47,339 nucleotides of DNA from Myxococcota bacterium (GTDB taxonomy: Bacteria; Myxococcota_A; UBA796; CAJQPC01): assembly GCA_036337845.1 (NCBI GenBank), contig JAYZDK010000165.1:1-47339 (forward strand), written 5' to 3'. A program made the translations under genes and the position numbers. Position 1 is the first letter of the stretch. Each line of letters opens with the position of its first letter. The notes beneath the pieces were generated by a model that did not search any database, had not been told where the DNA came from, and saw only the letters and a program-made list of their open reading frames with translations. Of the stretch, positions 9,284 through 19,626 are shown one piece after another.

Positions 9284-9353
9284 AGTGCGATCAATTTGTC
9301 CCAGGACAAAATTGTCGAACTGGGACAAGTGTACCCCAGATATTGCCGGGGTC

Positions 9354-10334
9354 TCAGCCCAGAAGGTCAGCTACAGCCGAGCGCTCCGCTACCAGCTCGT
9401 CTGCGCTCGCTGCGATCCTGGCTTGAGCAAACTCATTGTGCTCCACACCCTGTACCACAGACCACGCACCATTCTCGATAGTCACCGGGTAGGAGAAAAT
9501 CAGTCCTTCTTCCACTCCATAGGAGCCATCCGAGCAAACCGCCATCGAGTGCACACCGTCTCCCGTCCCATGCCACCAGGCATGCATGTGGTCGATAGCC
9601 GCCGACGCCGCCGATGCTGCCGACGAAGCGCCACGCGCCTGGATGATTGCGGCACCTCGTTTAGCGACCGTAGGCAGGAAGTCGTCCGAGAACCAGGCAT
9701 CATCCCCAATCGCATCAAGCGCACCCTGGCCGCCGATTCGGGCGTTGAAGTAGTCAGGAAACATCGTGCTGGAGTGATTACCCCAAACCACCATGTTCGA
9801 GATCTGGTCTGCAGTTACTCCCGCTCTACCAGCCATCTGGCTGCGTGCTCGGTTCTCGTCGAGACGAGTCATTGCAGTAAACCGCTCGTTGGGAATATCC
9901 GGCGCCGAGTTCATGGCGATCAGTGCATTGGTGTTGCAGGGGTTGCCCACCACCACCACCTTGACATCATCCGCGGCCACATCGTTGAGCGCCTGGCCCT
10001 GACCCACAAAGATAGGGCCGTTCGCCCGAATCAAATCCCCACGTTCCATTCCCGGCCCTCGAGGCCGAGAGCCCACAAGAAAGGCCTCGTTAGCACCCTC
10101 AAAAGCCTTGCGCGGGTCATCCGAGATTTCAATTCCATGAACGAGTGGAAATGCCGCATCATTGAGCTCCATCACCACACCCTCAAGCGCCTTCATGCCT
10201 GGAGTAATCTCAAGTAGCTGAAGAATGATCGGCTGGTCGGGACCGTAGCAGCTGCCCGAACCCAAACGGAAGAGCAAGGCATAGCCAATGTTGCCGGCGG
10301 CGCCGGTCACAGAAACACGAATTGGAGCAGTCAT
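9354..10334 (-). CDS. mdh: Malate dehydrogenase (LDH-like MDH, about 327-aa type)
   Basis: [27 protein letters not shown]...[10 protein letters not shown] is the canonical N-terminus of this MDH class. GGAGG lies upstream of ATG 10334. Confidence 0.9.
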   Translation of the reverse strand: MTAPIRVSVTGAAGNIGYALLFRLGSGSCYGPDQPIILQLLEITPGMKALEGVVMELNDAAFPLVHGIEISDDPRKAFEGANEAFLVGSRPRGPGMERGDLIRANGPIFVGQGQALNDVAADDVKVVVVGNPCNTNALIAMNSAPDIPNERFTAMTRLDENRARSQMAGRAGVTADQISNMVVWGNHSSTMFPDYFNARIGGQGALDAIGDDAWFSDDFLPTVAKRGAAIIQARGASSAASAASAAIDHMHAWWHGTGDGVHSMAVCSDGSYGVEEGLIFSYPVTIENGAWSVVQGVEHNEFAQARIAASADELVAERSAVADLLG

Positions 10335-10485
10335 GGAGTCCTCCTGAAAAGTTCCCTCCGGCGTAACGTCAGGGGAGATCCGTGTCGAACAATGGCGCTG
10401 GAGATCGTCGTTCCAATTCGACTAATCCTTGAATCCCACGCTCCGTGATGGTAACCCCGCACTCCCCTTGGGAGGCTGAAGTCTC

Positions 10486-11640
10486 ATGAATGTACATATT
10501 CTCGTTCTAATCACAGGCTTGTTCGTCAGTTCCAGCGCAATGGCAGAGGACTGCAACGCCGGCGAACTTCGAAAAGCAATCACAGCGGCCAGCCCAGCCC
10601 GGGTCGCCATTCCATACTCCGAGCTCGCAGAGTGCAGCCCGAATGATGCCAAACGCCAGAGCAAAAACGTGTTTGGCCGCATGATTGCAGGCCCCGAAGC
10701 CAACCGTGCGCTCCTGGCCGCTATCGAACTCGGACAAGACGAACTCGTCATGGAGTGGGTCGGAGCGCTCAGATCGGACGAACGCTCCTCTGCCGTCAAA
10801 GCCATTGGCCTTGCCTGTCCAGGAAACGACACCACCGCCCGGTTCCTCAGTCAAGCGCATGCCACTCTTGGCGACACATTCTGGGATGACCGCTGGTACC
10901 GCTCCTTGGCCACATGCCGGCACCCGGACATCCAGGACCTGCTTCGGACTGAGATCAACGAGCCCTCTTCCAACCGCGGACGGTTTTTTGGGGTGCTGGA
11001 GGTGTACTCCCGCAACCTGGGCGCCGAGTCCATCGACAAGCTTCTGGAATTGGCGGGCGAGATCCAAGACCCCGAGGAACTCACCTATGTAGTGAACGCC
11101 TTCGCGGACGCCGCTCAGGTTGGGGCTCTGGAAGGCCAGGATCTCACCACCACCAAGGCCGCAGTTGACGCATTGGTCAGCCTCGTCCCAACGCTCGACG
11201 GCATGCCACTGGAGCAATCTCGGACAACACTCGAGAGCCTGGGAGCCCTGGATGAAGCCGCGCGGGTACCCGCCTTGAGATATGCCGACCTGCTCTGGGA
11301 TGATGGTCGACTCCACTACAGCGTGGTGGCCGTCGAAACAGCGCGCTGTAAGAACGGCAAGGTACGGCTTGGAGTTCACACCGGTAGTGCAATCGAGAAG
11401 GGTGTACGATTCCCGAATACGATTGCAGCAGCGGCCCCTGAAGCCATCTCCTTTGCCTGGGTGTTCAATCTCGCGGAGAAATGTAAAGGCAGACAAACAC
11501 TGGAATACTTTGTCAACACAATGCCCAGCGCGACCCCCGAGGAAATCAAAGCCTTCCATGCACAAACACTTGCCGAACTCGAGAATCGAGCCGCTACGAA
11601 GCGCTATGATTTCGCCGAGGAACGTGAGGTTCCGCTATAA
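10486..11640 (+). CDS. Hypothetical secreted protein
   Basis: GGGAGG lies 10 nt upstream of the ATG. The signal peptide is MNVHILVLITGLFVSSSAMA. The composition is balanced and helix-rich, and I recognise no domain. It is preferred over the 352-aa antisense ORF, which is Cys/Gly/Arg-rich. Confidence 0.65.
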   Translation: MNVHILVLITGLFVSSSAMAEDCNAGELRKAITAASPARVAIPYSELAECSPNDAKRQSKNVFGRMIAGPEANRALLAAIELGQDELVMEWVGALRSDERSSAVKAIGLACPGNDTTARFLSQAHATLGDTFWDDRWYRSLATCRHPDIQDLLRTEINEPSSNRGRFFGVLEVYSRNLGAESIDKLLELAGEIQDPEELTYVVNAFADAAQVGALEGQDLTTTKAAVDALVSLVPTLDGMPLEQSRTTLESLGALDEAARVPALRYADLLWDDGRLHYSVVAVETARCKNGKVRLGVHTGSAIEKGVRFPNTIAAAAPEAISFAWVFNLAEKCKGRQTLEYFVNTMPSATPEEIKAFHAQTLAELENRAATKRYDFAEEREVPL

Positions 11641-11664
11641 CGTTCTATAGGAGCGCACATTCCT

Positions 11665-13350
11665 TTGGATGAAGTCTTGCCTGCGGGCCGAATATTGATG
11701 GTGACGGGGACGGAAAGTCTCTTGAACCTGACCCAGCCTCTTTCCGAACGCCACTACACGGTTGAGACAGCCAGTGGTGTACGAGAAGCACTCCATCGCA
11801 TCAGCGAAAAGAGCTTTGAGGTTGTCGTCAGCGATCTGCAGTTTGAGGACGGAGACGGGATCAAGCTCATCGGACATATCAAGGACCTGACCCCCAACAC
11901 CGAAGTCATCGTCCTGACCGAAACCGGCAGCGTACAAACCGCCGTTGAGGCAATTCGCGCTGGTGCCTACGACTTCATCAAGGCTCCCCTGCCTGTGGAT
12001 GCGCTTTGCACTGTCATTCAGCGCGCCCAGGAACATCGCAAACTTCGAGTCTCCAGCGCCTTGTTCCAAACCAGTCAGGCCATCTTCGCTACACAAGAAC
12101 CCGAAGCGTTACCACAAGTGGTCGTAGAAGTAGCCATGAAGGTCATGCGATCCGACGATGCATCGCTCATGCTGCCAGACGAGGGCAACAATCTTCGAAT
12201 CGCCTACTCGCACGCCCTCTCTCCCGATCAATCCGCAACCAGTGGAACCATCGTGCGCGGGGGAGTCGCGAGCAAGATCGTGCAGGATCGTGCACCCGCT
12301 CTTCTATCCGGCCGCCTGAACAACGATCCTCGATTTCCAGATGGCGAGGGCTCAAACCGCGTTCGTTCATCGATTGTTTACCCCCTCTGGTCGGGCAAGA
12401 AACTCGTAGGCGTACTCAACCTCAATCGCGGTGCAGACACACGACCGTTTCATGCAGGAGACTTGGAAACCGCTGGTGTACTAGCCGCTCAAGCCGTGCT
12501 CGCCCTGGAAAACGCTCGCTTGGTTCGAGAGCTTCGTTCTCGAATCACGCTGCTTGAAGAAGCCCAAACCCGACTAATCCACAGCGAAAGGCTCGCGGCA
12601 ATCGGTCAAATGGCAGCGGGTGTCGTACACGAGATCAACAATCCCACGTCGTATCTGCTTGCCAACCTCGTGCACGTCCGAGAGGGACTGGAAACCATCA
12701 CTCCCGTCCTAACCGACACCGCCAACACCACGGTGACCAACGCCATCCAAGACTGGTCGGGAACCAACCCGCGAGCAGCCGTAGAAGATCTCATCAGCGC
12801 CATTGTCGATGCCGAGGACGGAGCCAAAAGGATTCGAGACATCGCCAACGACCTCCGCGTTCTTTCCAGAACCGATCCCGGAGAACACTCCAAGATCGAA
12901 ATCGAAGAGGTGCTGCGCTCCTCCCTGAGGCTGGCACGTCTCTCCATGGGTCATGGGGTGGAGTGGAGAACAGAGTTTGCAGACCAGATGCCGGTTTTAG
13001 GGAACGCTCGCAGACTGTCTCAGGTATTCGTGAATCTCCTGGTGAACGCCGCCCAAGCCGCTCGAATGACAGAGTCTCAGGAGCCTTGGGTGCTGCTCAG
13101 TGCTCGCCAGGAAGGCAACCGTGCCCTGATCGATGTGCACAACCGAGGCCCAGGCATTCCCCCCGATATTCGAGACCGAATCTTCGAGCCCTTCTTCACT
13201 ACCAAATCCGATGAAGAGGGAACAGGGCTGGGGCTGGCAATCAGTCGAGACATCGTGAAACGCCACCAAGGAGACATACGCTGCGCCTCCTGCCCGGTGT
13301 CTGGCACCACGTTCACGGTCGAGCTTCCGCTGGCACCCATGGTCGGGTGA
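11665..13350 (+). CDS. Cytoplasmic hybrid sensor with REC, GAF and HisKA/HATPase domains
   Basis: TTG start at 11665 with GGAG 11 nt upstream; starting at ATG 11698 would truncate beta-1 of the receiver. REC is indicated by VVVSDLQFEDGDG, VIVLTE and DFIKAP. A GAF-like middle segment follows. The H-box is RLAAIGQMAAGVVHEINNP and the G-box is GTGLGLAISRDIV. No TM segment is present. Confidence 0.85.
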   Translation: MDEVLPAGRILMVTGTESLLNLTQPLSERHYTVETASGVREALHRISEKSFEVVVSDLQFEDGDGIKLIGHIKDLTPNTEVIVLTETGSVQTAVEAIRAGAYDFIKAPLPVDALCTVIQRAQEHRKLRVSSALFQTSQAIFATQEPEALPQVVVEVAMKVMRSDDASLMLPDEGNNLRIAYSHALSPDQSATSGTIVRGGVASKIVQDRAPALLSGRLNNDPRFPDGEGSNRVRSSIVYPLWSGKKLVGVLNLNRGADTRPFHAGDLETAGVLAAQAVLALENARLVRELRSRITLLEEAQTRLIHSERLAAIGQMAAGVVHEINNPTSYLLANLVHVREGLETITPVLTDTANTTVTNAIQDWSGTNPRAAVEDLISAIVDAEDGAKRIRDIANDLRVLSRTDPGEHSKIEIEEVLRSSLRLARLSMGHGVEWRTEFADQMPVLGNARRLSQVFVNLLVNAAQAARMTESQEPWVLLSARQEGNRALIDVHNRGPGIPPDIRDRIFEPFFTTKSDEEGTGLGLAISRDIVKRHQGDIRCASCPVSGTTFTVELPLAPMVG

Positions 13351-14423
13351 TGAACCGGGAAGAGCTACAACGGCGAGCAAAGGCCATTGAGAACTCCGGT
13401 CTAAAGCGAGTCCTGGTTCCACTGGACTTCACCGGCCCCACCACTGCACGCATCGACACCCGAGAAGTACAGGTCTTCTCCTCAAACGACTACCTAGGCC
13501 TCGCATGGAACCCAGATGTCCGCAACGCATGGCGTGGCGGAGGCTGCGGCTCTTCCAGGCTCGTGACTGGTTCTCGTTCTGCCCATAAAACTCTGGAGTC
13601 CAATCTCGAAGATCTGTTTGGTCAGCCCGCGCTGGTTTTTTCCTCGGGCTACCAGGCCAATCTTGCCGTTCTCACCACACTGTTTCAGGCCGGCGATACC
13701 GTCTGCTCGGATGAGCTCAATCATGCTTCCTTGATCGACGGACTTCGCCTCTCCAAGTCCACCAAGACGATTCAGCCACATGGATCTGACCCTCCCAAAG
13801 AAAATGACTTCAGAGGATTGGTCACCGAAGGGCTTTTCTCGATGGATGGAGACACGCTGAGCCTTCGAGCGTGGTCTGACGCAGGATGGCTGGTAGTCGA
13901 CGAAGCCCATGCCGTCGGCGCCATCGGGCCTGGTGGAAAAGGTGTGGCGGCCGAGCAAGGCGTCCACCCCCAAGTCCTCATCGGAACCTTTGGCAAAGCG
14001 TATGGCTCCGCCGGTGCCTTTGTCATCGGGCCGGAAGAGCTCAAAGAGCTGATGATCTCAACGGCCCGTTCCTTTGTATACACAACCGCCCTTGCAGAGC
14101 CCGCTGTCCACGCAGCGATTGAGGGACTCAAACAGGCGACAAGCGAACGCCGGGAGCGCCTGGCCGACCGAACACTTCGCTTTCGATGCGGACTTGCAGA
14201 TCTTGGGCTCCCTACCCGCGGGCAACACCACATCGTTCCGGTCCTCACTCGTGAACGCACCATGCAAACGGCTCAAAGGCTGGCCGAACACGGTGTGTTT
14301 GTGCCAGGCATACGTGCCCCCACGGTCCCCAGTGGAGAAGAGCGACTTCGGTTCTCAATGTCTGCAGAACACACCGATGACCAGATTGATCAGGCACTGG
14401 AACTACTGGACCAATGCACCTGA
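13347..14423 (+). CDS. bioF: 8-amino-7-oxononanoate synthase (alpha-oxoamine synthase family)
   Basis: Motifs SNDYLGLAWNPDV, GSSRLVTGSRSAHKTLESNLEDLFG, SSGYQANLAVL, VVDEAHAVGAIGPGGKG and GTFGKAYGSAGAF (PLP lysine). The start is GTG 13347 or ATG 13350, overlapping the kinase stop at 13348-13350. Confidence 0.75.
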   Translation: MMNREELQRRAKAIENSGLKRVLVPLDFTGPTTARIDTREVQVFSSNDYLGLAWNPDVRNAWRGGGCGSSRLVTGSRSAHKTLESNLEDLFGQPALVFSSGYQANLAVLTTLFQAGDTVCSDELNHASLIDGLRLSKSTKTIQPHGSDPPKENDFRGLVTEGLFSMDGDTLSLRAWSDAGWLVVDEAHAVGAIGPGGKGVAAEQGVHPQVLIGTFGKAYGSAGAFVIGPEELKELMISTARSFVYTTALAEPAVHAAIEGLKQATSERRERLADRTLRFRCGLADLGLPTRGQHHIVPVLTRERTMQTAQRLAEHGVFVPGIRAPTVPSGEERLRFSMSAEHTDDQIDQALELLDQCT

Positions 14424-15196
14424 TTCTCTGGTGGGTGTTGGCCTGCACCCCTCGGCCTGATCTGTCTCCAGTTGCCAGCACCCCAGCCACACTCGGATGG
14501 AAGCTGGTTCCCGGCCAAGAGCTCACCTATAAGCTGCATACCCGCCTCACTGGAGCGACCGAACGCATCATTCGGGAAGAACACTGGACGTATCGGGTCG
14601 ACTCCGTGGATAGCGCTGGAATGGCCCGGCTCAGTGGTCGACTCACGGCATTCGGGGTGGCCAGAACTGATTCCACAGGAAGCCCCTCCGCAGTGGATAT
14701 TGAGCCCGCTCAGGAAATCGAAAGAGAGCGACTCGCTCAGCAAGTCGTTGTGCTGTACCTTTCCGCAGAAGGACGCCTGGCAAGAATCGATGGCCTGGAG
14801 CTTCACGACAGCCTACCGCACCGCCTTCTGTCTTTGAAACTTCCAAACCGGGCGATTCTACCCGGGGAAGACTGGGCAGACCCCGCTCTTGCTCGCCCCT
14901 ATGCGAACCTACTACCCGCCGAAACCGTAGTCTCTGTCGAGGGCTACCAGACCTATAAGGGCCTCTATCGGTACCAAGGAGACGTGCAGGCACTCCTGGA
15001 GAGCCGGGGAGAGGTCACAGCAGCCACAGAGCAGGGTCGCTCCAGCATTGCGCTCAAAGGCAGCACATGGTGGGACCCCGATCCGGGCGTCCTGGCGTGG
15101 AGAAGCCTGGAAGGAGAGCTGGTACAAAGTGACCAGGCCCAAGTCGGGCACATCCAGATTCAAATCGAATTGCTGGACGTGGGACTGACCGACTGA
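14414..15196 (+). CDS. Hypothetical lipoprotein
   Basis: ATG 14414 overlaps the bioF end by 10 nt. MHLILWWVLAC reads as a short signal peptide with a lipobox (V-L-A-C). No recognisable domain. Confidence 0.6.
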   Translation: MHLILWWVLACTPRPDLSPVASTPATLGWKLVPGQELTYKLHTRLTGATERIIREEHWTYRVDSVDSAGMARLSGRLTAFGVARTDSTGSPSAVDIEPAQEIERERLAQQVVVLYLSAEGRLARIDGLELHDSLPHRLLSLKLPNRAILPGEDWADPALARPYANLLPAETVVSVEGYQTYKGLYRYQGDVQALLESRGEVTAATEQGRSSIALKGSTWWDPDPGVLAWRSLEGELVQSDQAQVGHIQIQIELLDVGLTD

Positions 15197-15377
15197 ACCT
15201 CGCAGTCGGGACAAAACCACCAGCTATTCCCATAGATAATCCACGGGACATTGGTGAATTCCACCCTGGAAAGTTACCTCGCCTGCTGCGGAATGGAGTT
15301 GAGGCTGCACATTTTGAGTCGTTTTCCCAAACAACTCAACCTCCAAGGAAAACACTCCATTCACGAGGAACGCTGAC

Positions 15378-16328
15378 ATGACGGAACCCACTGGCAATTC
15401 GCCCCCCGTGGACACAGCCCTGACCCGGTCTCAGTTCACGCACTTGCGCCGACTCGAATCCGAAAGCATTCACATCATGCGAGAGGTCGTCGCGGAGTCG
15501 GAAAACCCCGTGATGCTCTATTCCGTCGGAAAAGACAGCGCGGTAATGCTGCATCTGGCCATGAAGGCCTTCCACCCCTCCGTGCCCCCATTTCCAATCC
15601 TTCACGTCGACACAACGTGGAAGTTCAGCGAGATGATCACCTTCCGGGACAACCTGGCAAAGGAGCTGGGACTCGAACTACTGGTGCACGTCAACGAAGA
15701 AGGGCGCTCCCAAGGTATCAACCCCTTCGAGCATGGATCCGCACTCTACACAGACATCATGAAAACAGAAGGCCTGAAGCAAGCTCTCGCCAAGTATGGC
15801 TTTGATGCTGCATTCGGAGGCGCCCGAAGAGATGAGGAGAAATCCCGAGCGAAAGAGCGAATCTTCTCCTTCCGAACGGCCCAACACCGCTGGGACCCCA
15901 AAAACCAACGCCCCGAGTTGTGGAACATCTACAACGCTCGCAAACACCCGGGTGAGTCCATTCGAGTGTTTCCATTGTCGAACTGGACCGAACTCGATGT
16001 CTGGCAGTACATCCATATCGAGAAGATTCCCATCGTTCCGCTGTACCTCTCTGCAGTTCGACCTGTGGTCGAGAGAGATGGCGTGCTCATTCTGGTCGAT
16101 GACGAGAGGCTACCTCTTGAGGCCGGAGAAGAGCCCATGATGAAACATGTACGGTTTCGTACCCTGGGCTGCTACCCCCTGACAGGCGCCGTGGAGTCCA
16201 AGGCAGACACCCTGCCGCTGATCATCCAAGAAATGTTGTTGACCACCACCTCCGAAAGACAAGGCCGCGTCATCGATTTCGACAGTCCCGGCTCCATGGA
16301 GAAGAAAAAGCAGGAGGGCTACTTCTAA
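15378..16328 (+). CDS. cysD: Sulfate adenylyltransferase subunit 2
   Basis: [43 protein letters not shown] is the PAPS-reductase-like SGGKDS-type loop typical of CysD. GAGGAA lies 8 nt upstream. Confidence 0.9.
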   Translation: MTEPTGNSPPVDTALTRSQFTHLRRLESESIHIMREVVAESENPVMLYSVGKDSAVMLHLAMKAFHPSVPPFPILHVDTTWKFSEMITFRDNLAKELGLELLVHVNEEGRSQGINPFEHGSALYTDIMKTEGLKQALAKYGFDAAFGGARRDEEKSRAKERIFSFRTAQHRWDPKNQRPELWNIYNARKHPGESIRVFPLSNWTELDVWQYIHIEKIPIVPLYLSAVRPVVERDGVLILVDDERLPLEAGEEPMMKHVRFRTLGCYPLTGAVESKADTLPLIIQEMLLTTTSERQGRVIDFDSPGSMEKKKQEGYF

Positions 16329-18232
16329 TGGCCCACAAATCAGATCTGATTGCCGAAGACATCCACGCCTACCTCAAGGCCCAGGAAAACAAGGGCCTGC
16401 TGCGTTTCATCACCTGTGGCTCCGTAGACGACGGAAAATCCACCCTGATCGGACGTCTCCTGTATGAATCCAAGCTGCTTTTTGAAGACCAACTGGCAGT
16501 GCTGGAAATGGATTCGAAGAAATCCGGCACCCAAGGAGAAGAGATCGACCTGGCACTCCTCGTGGATGGCCTCGCAGCCGAACGGGAGCAAGGCATCACG
16601 ATCGATGTTGCGTACCGATTCTTCTCGACAGACCGTCGGAAGTTCATTGTGGCAGACACCCCCGGCCACGAACAGTACACCCGCAATATGGCCACCGGAG
16701 CCTCCACAGCAGACGTAGCCATCGTTCTGATCGATGCCCGAAAGGGAGTCCTGACCCAAACCCGTCGACACAGTTTTATTGTCTCGATGTTGGGCGTAAA
16801 GAAGGTGGTGCTGGCGATCAACAAGATGGACCTGGTGGACTACGCAGAAGACACCTTTGTCCAAATTGAGGCCGACTACCGAGAGTTTGCAGAAAACGCC
16901 CTCGATTTCGAGGATATCACCGCGATTCCAGTGTCTGCCCTCAAAGGGGACAACATCATCGAACCCGGCGAACACACCTCGTGGTACACCGGACCTTGCC
17001 TGCTGGAATACCTGGAAACCACCAAAGTCAAAGAAAAGCAGGATTCCTTGCCTTTCCGGTTTCCCGTTCAGTGGGTGAACCGCACCTCTCATGATTTCCG
17101 AGGATTTGCCGGACAAATCAGCGGCGGCTGCGTGCACCCGGGAGACCGAGTTCGAGCACTACCTTCGGGACGCGAAAGCAGGGTAGCCCGCATCGTGACC
17201 TATGAAGGAGATCTAGACCAGGCGATCAGTGGCCAGTCCGTGACCTTGACCCTGGAAGATGAGATCGACATCTCTCGAGGCGATGTACTCGCCGCAGCGG
17301 ATTCGCCCTGCAGTGTGGCCGATCAGTTCGAGGCCCGCATTCTGTGGATGGCCGATGAGCCCATGCTCCCCGGACGCCCCTACCTGATGAAGATCGGAGC
17401 CCACCAGGTCACGGTTTCCCCCGCGAAACCCAAACACAAGATCAACGTCAACACCTTGGCGTTGGAGCCAGCCAAGACCCTTGGGCTCAACGAGATTGGG
17501 GTCTGCAATATTTCCTTGGATCAAGACATCCCGTTCGACGCCTATGACGAAAACCGTGCCATGGGCGGCTTCATCATGATCGACAAGATGACCAACAACA
17601 CGGTGGGAATGGGGCTGCTCAACTTCGCCCTGAGACGTGCATCGAACATCCACTGGCAATCCATGGATATCGACAAAACTGCGCGTGCGACCCAGAAGAA
17701 CCAGCGGCCCGCAGTCCTTTGGTTTACCGGACTCTCTGGGTCTGGGAAGTCCACCATCGCCAACATCGTCGAGAAAAAGCTCCATGCCCAGGGCAAACAC
17801 ACCGTGACGCTCGACGGCGACAACATCCGCCACGGCCTCAACAGAGACCTGGGCTTCACCTCCGCCGACCGGGTCGAGAACATTCGCCGCGTAGGAGAAG
17901 TTGCCAGACTTATGGTCAACGCCGGGCTGATCACCATCACAGCCTTCATCTCTCCATTCCAATCGGAACGGGAACTGGCTCGCGGACTGGTCGACGAGGG
18001 TGAATTCGTGGAGATTCACGTGAACACTCCCTTGCACCTCGCCGAAGAACGGGACGTAAAGGGCTTGTACAAGAAAGCTCGTGCCGGAGAAATCAAGAAC
18101 TTCACAGGGATCGACAGCCCCTACGAAACACCGGAACACCCGGAAATCCGACTGGACACTGAAACGAACTCTGCTGAGGCCTGCGCCGAAGCCGTCATCG
18201 AATGGCTCGACAAGGCCGGCTACCTCTCGTAG
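16328..18232 (+). CDS. cysNC: Bifunctional sulfate adenylyltransferase subunit 1 / adenylylsulfate kinase
   Basis: The N-terminal GTPase has [23 protein letters not shown] and NKMD. The C-terminal APS kinase has [17 protein letters not shown]. The ATG overlaps the cysD TAA as TAATG. Confidence 0.9.
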   Translation: MAHKSDLIAEDIHAYLKAQENKGLLRFITCGSVDDGKSTLIGRLLYESKLLFEDQLAVLEMDSKKSGTQGEEIDLALLVDGLAAEREQGITIDVAYRFFSTDRRKFIVADTPGHEQYTRNMATGASTADVAIVLIDARKGVLTQTRRHSFIVSMLGVKKVVLAINKMDLVDYAEDTFVQIEADYREFAENALDFEDITAIPVSALKGDNIIEPGEHTSWYTGPCLLEYLETTKVKEKQDSLPFRFPVQWVNRTSHDFRGFAGQISGGCVHPGDRVRALPSGRESRVARIVTYEGDLDQAISGQSVTLTLEDEIDISRGDVLAAADSPCSVADQFEARILWMADEPMLPGRPYLMKIGAHQVTVSPAKPKHKINVNTLALEPAKTLGLNEIGVCNISLDQDIPFDAYDENRAMGGFIMIDKMTNNTVGMGLLNFALRRASNIHWQSMDIDKTARATQKNQRPAVLWFTGLSGSGKSTIANIVEKKLHAQGKHTVTLDGDNIRHGLNRDLGFTSADRVENIRRVGEVARLMVNAGLITITAFISPFQSERELARGLVDEGEFVEIHVNTPLHLAEERDVKGLYKKARAGEIKNFTGIDSPYETPEHPEIRLDTETNSAEACAEAVIEWLDKAGYLS

Positions 18233-18234
18233 AC

Positions 18235-19560
18235 ATGGCGGACCGAAACCTGACCCCCGTTGAGCTTGTGACGCTGGACCGAGCTCATGTCTGGCATCCC
18301 TTTACCCAGCACAAGGAATGGAACCAGGTCGAACCCCTTGTGATCGCCTCCGCTCAGGGATGTTCACTGATCGATGTGCGAGGTAATCGCTATCTCGATG
18401 GCGTTTCTTCCCTTTGGGTCGGGGTCCACGGACACGGCCATCCACATGTGGATGCCGCCATTCGCACTCAGCTCTCCAAGGTGGCCCACAGCACTTTCTT
18501 AGGGTTGACTCATGAGCCGGGAATCCACCTCGCAAAAGCCCTGGTAGACCGGGCTCCCGCCCCCTTGAACCGAGTGTTCTATTCAGAGTCCGGCTCCTCC
18601 GCCGTCGAGGTCGCGCTCAAGATGGCCTACCAGGCACAACAGCAGCGCGGAGAGACTCGTAGGACACGCTTTGCTGCGCTCAATGCGGCCTACCATGGCG
18701 ATACCCTGGGCGCAGTCAGCGTGGGAGGGATCGATCTCTTCCACGCGGTGTACAAATCCTTGCTATTCGACGCCGTACGACTGCCTTGCCCATCCTTCCG
18801 AGAAGATGAGGACGCTCTCGCTGAAGCCGCCATTGAAGCCCTTCACGCTCACAAAGACGACCTCGCAGCGATTGTGGTGGAGCCACTGGTCCAAGGCGCT
18901 GCAGGCATGCGCATGCACTCGCCGCGATACCTCGACCCAGTCCTCAAGGCCGCTCAGGATCTCGGAGCCCTCGTTATCATCGACGAAGTGGCCACTGGAT
19001 TCGGAAGAACGGGGACGCTCTTTGCTTCCGAACAACTCTCCACCAAGCCCGATTTTCTCTGTGTTGGAAAAGGCCTCACCAACGGCACCATGGCCCTATC
19101 GGCCACTCTCACCACAGAGCCTGTCTTCGAAGCGTTTCTTGGCGATCCAGATCAGACTTTCTTCCACGGCCACACCTATACCGGAAATCCGCTGGCATGC
19201 GCCGCTGCGCTGGCATGCCTGGAGGTGTTCGACCAAGAAGACACCCTCAGCGGGCTTCCAGCCAAGGCCTCACTCCTGTCCAACCGCCTGGAAGCACTCT
19301 CGGAGCTTCCCTGGGTCCATGAAGTTCGCCAAAAGTCCATGATGGTAGGCATCGAAATCCGACAAGCGGATGGGGAGCCCTTTCGGCCCGGCTTGCGAAC
19401 CGGACAGCGGATCTGTGAAGCCGCTCGCCTCGAAGGAGTGGTCATGCGCCCTCTTGGGGACACCCTCATATTGATGCCCCCGCTGGCCATGCACCCCGAT
19501 GATCTGGAACGCCTGGTGAGGGCCACACGAGCCGCGATCATGGCCACATTGAGAGGGTAG
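18235..19560 (+). CDS. bioA: Adenosylmethionine-8-amino-7-oxononanoate aminotransferase
   Basis: HVWHPFTQH, YLDGVSSLWVGVHGHGHP, YHGDTLGAVSVGG, IIDEVATGFGRTG and the lysine in LCVGKGLT are BioA hallmarks. I use ATG 18235, 2 nt after the cysNC stop; the ORF-track start at 18202 lies inside cysNC. Confidence 0.9.
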   Translation: MADRNLTPVELVTLDRAHVWHPFTQHKEWNQVEPLVIASAQGCSLIDVRGNRYLDGVSSLWVGVHGHGHPHVDAAIRTQLSKVAHSTFLGLTHEPGIHLAKALVDRAPAPLNRVFYSESGSSAVEVALKMAYQAQQQRGETRRTRFAALNAAYHGDTLGAVSVGGIDLFHAVYKSLLFDAVRLPCPSFREDEDALAEAAIEALHAHKDDLAAIVVEPLVQGAAGMRMHSPRYLDPVLKAAQDLGALVIIDEVATGFGRTGTLFASEQLSTKPDFLCVGKGLTNGTMALSATLTTEPVFEAFLGDPDQTFFHGHTYTGNPLACAAALACLEVFDQEDTLSGLPAKASLLSNRLEALSELPWVHEVRQKSMMVGIEIRQADGEPFRPGLRTGQRICEAARLEGVVMRPLGDTLILMPPLAMHPDDLERLVRATRAAIMATLRG

Positions 19561-19626
19561 CCGGCCCCCTAGGCTTGAATTCCCGTCCATCTTGGAGGAC
19601 CATTCTTGCTGGCAGTGGAGCGCAGG

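Noticed and set aside
10507-11565. 352-aa ORF antisense to the 384-aa + strand gene
   Set aside because: The antisense product is Cys/Gly/Arg-rich with no signal peptide, SD or domain features. The + strand product has an SD, a signal peptide and balanced composition. It is a typical GC-rich shadow ORF.
15291-15362. 9-bp long-range pairing (GAATGGAGT / ACTCCATTC) in the cysD leader, ending just before the SD
   Set aside because: The intervening loop is 54 nt, I found no supporting inner helices, and it resembles no riboswitch class I know.
13347-19560. Alternative reading of the AOS + PAPS-synthesis + aminotransferase genes as a sulfonolipid or sphingolipid-type pathway instead of biotin
   Set aside because: The aminotransferase carries strong BioA-specific motifs (HVWHPFTQ, SSLWV..HGH.HP, YHGDT.GA.SVGG) and the AOS has BioF-like motifs (SNDYLGL, SRLVTG). 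The alternative stays open only as something to check by phylogeny.
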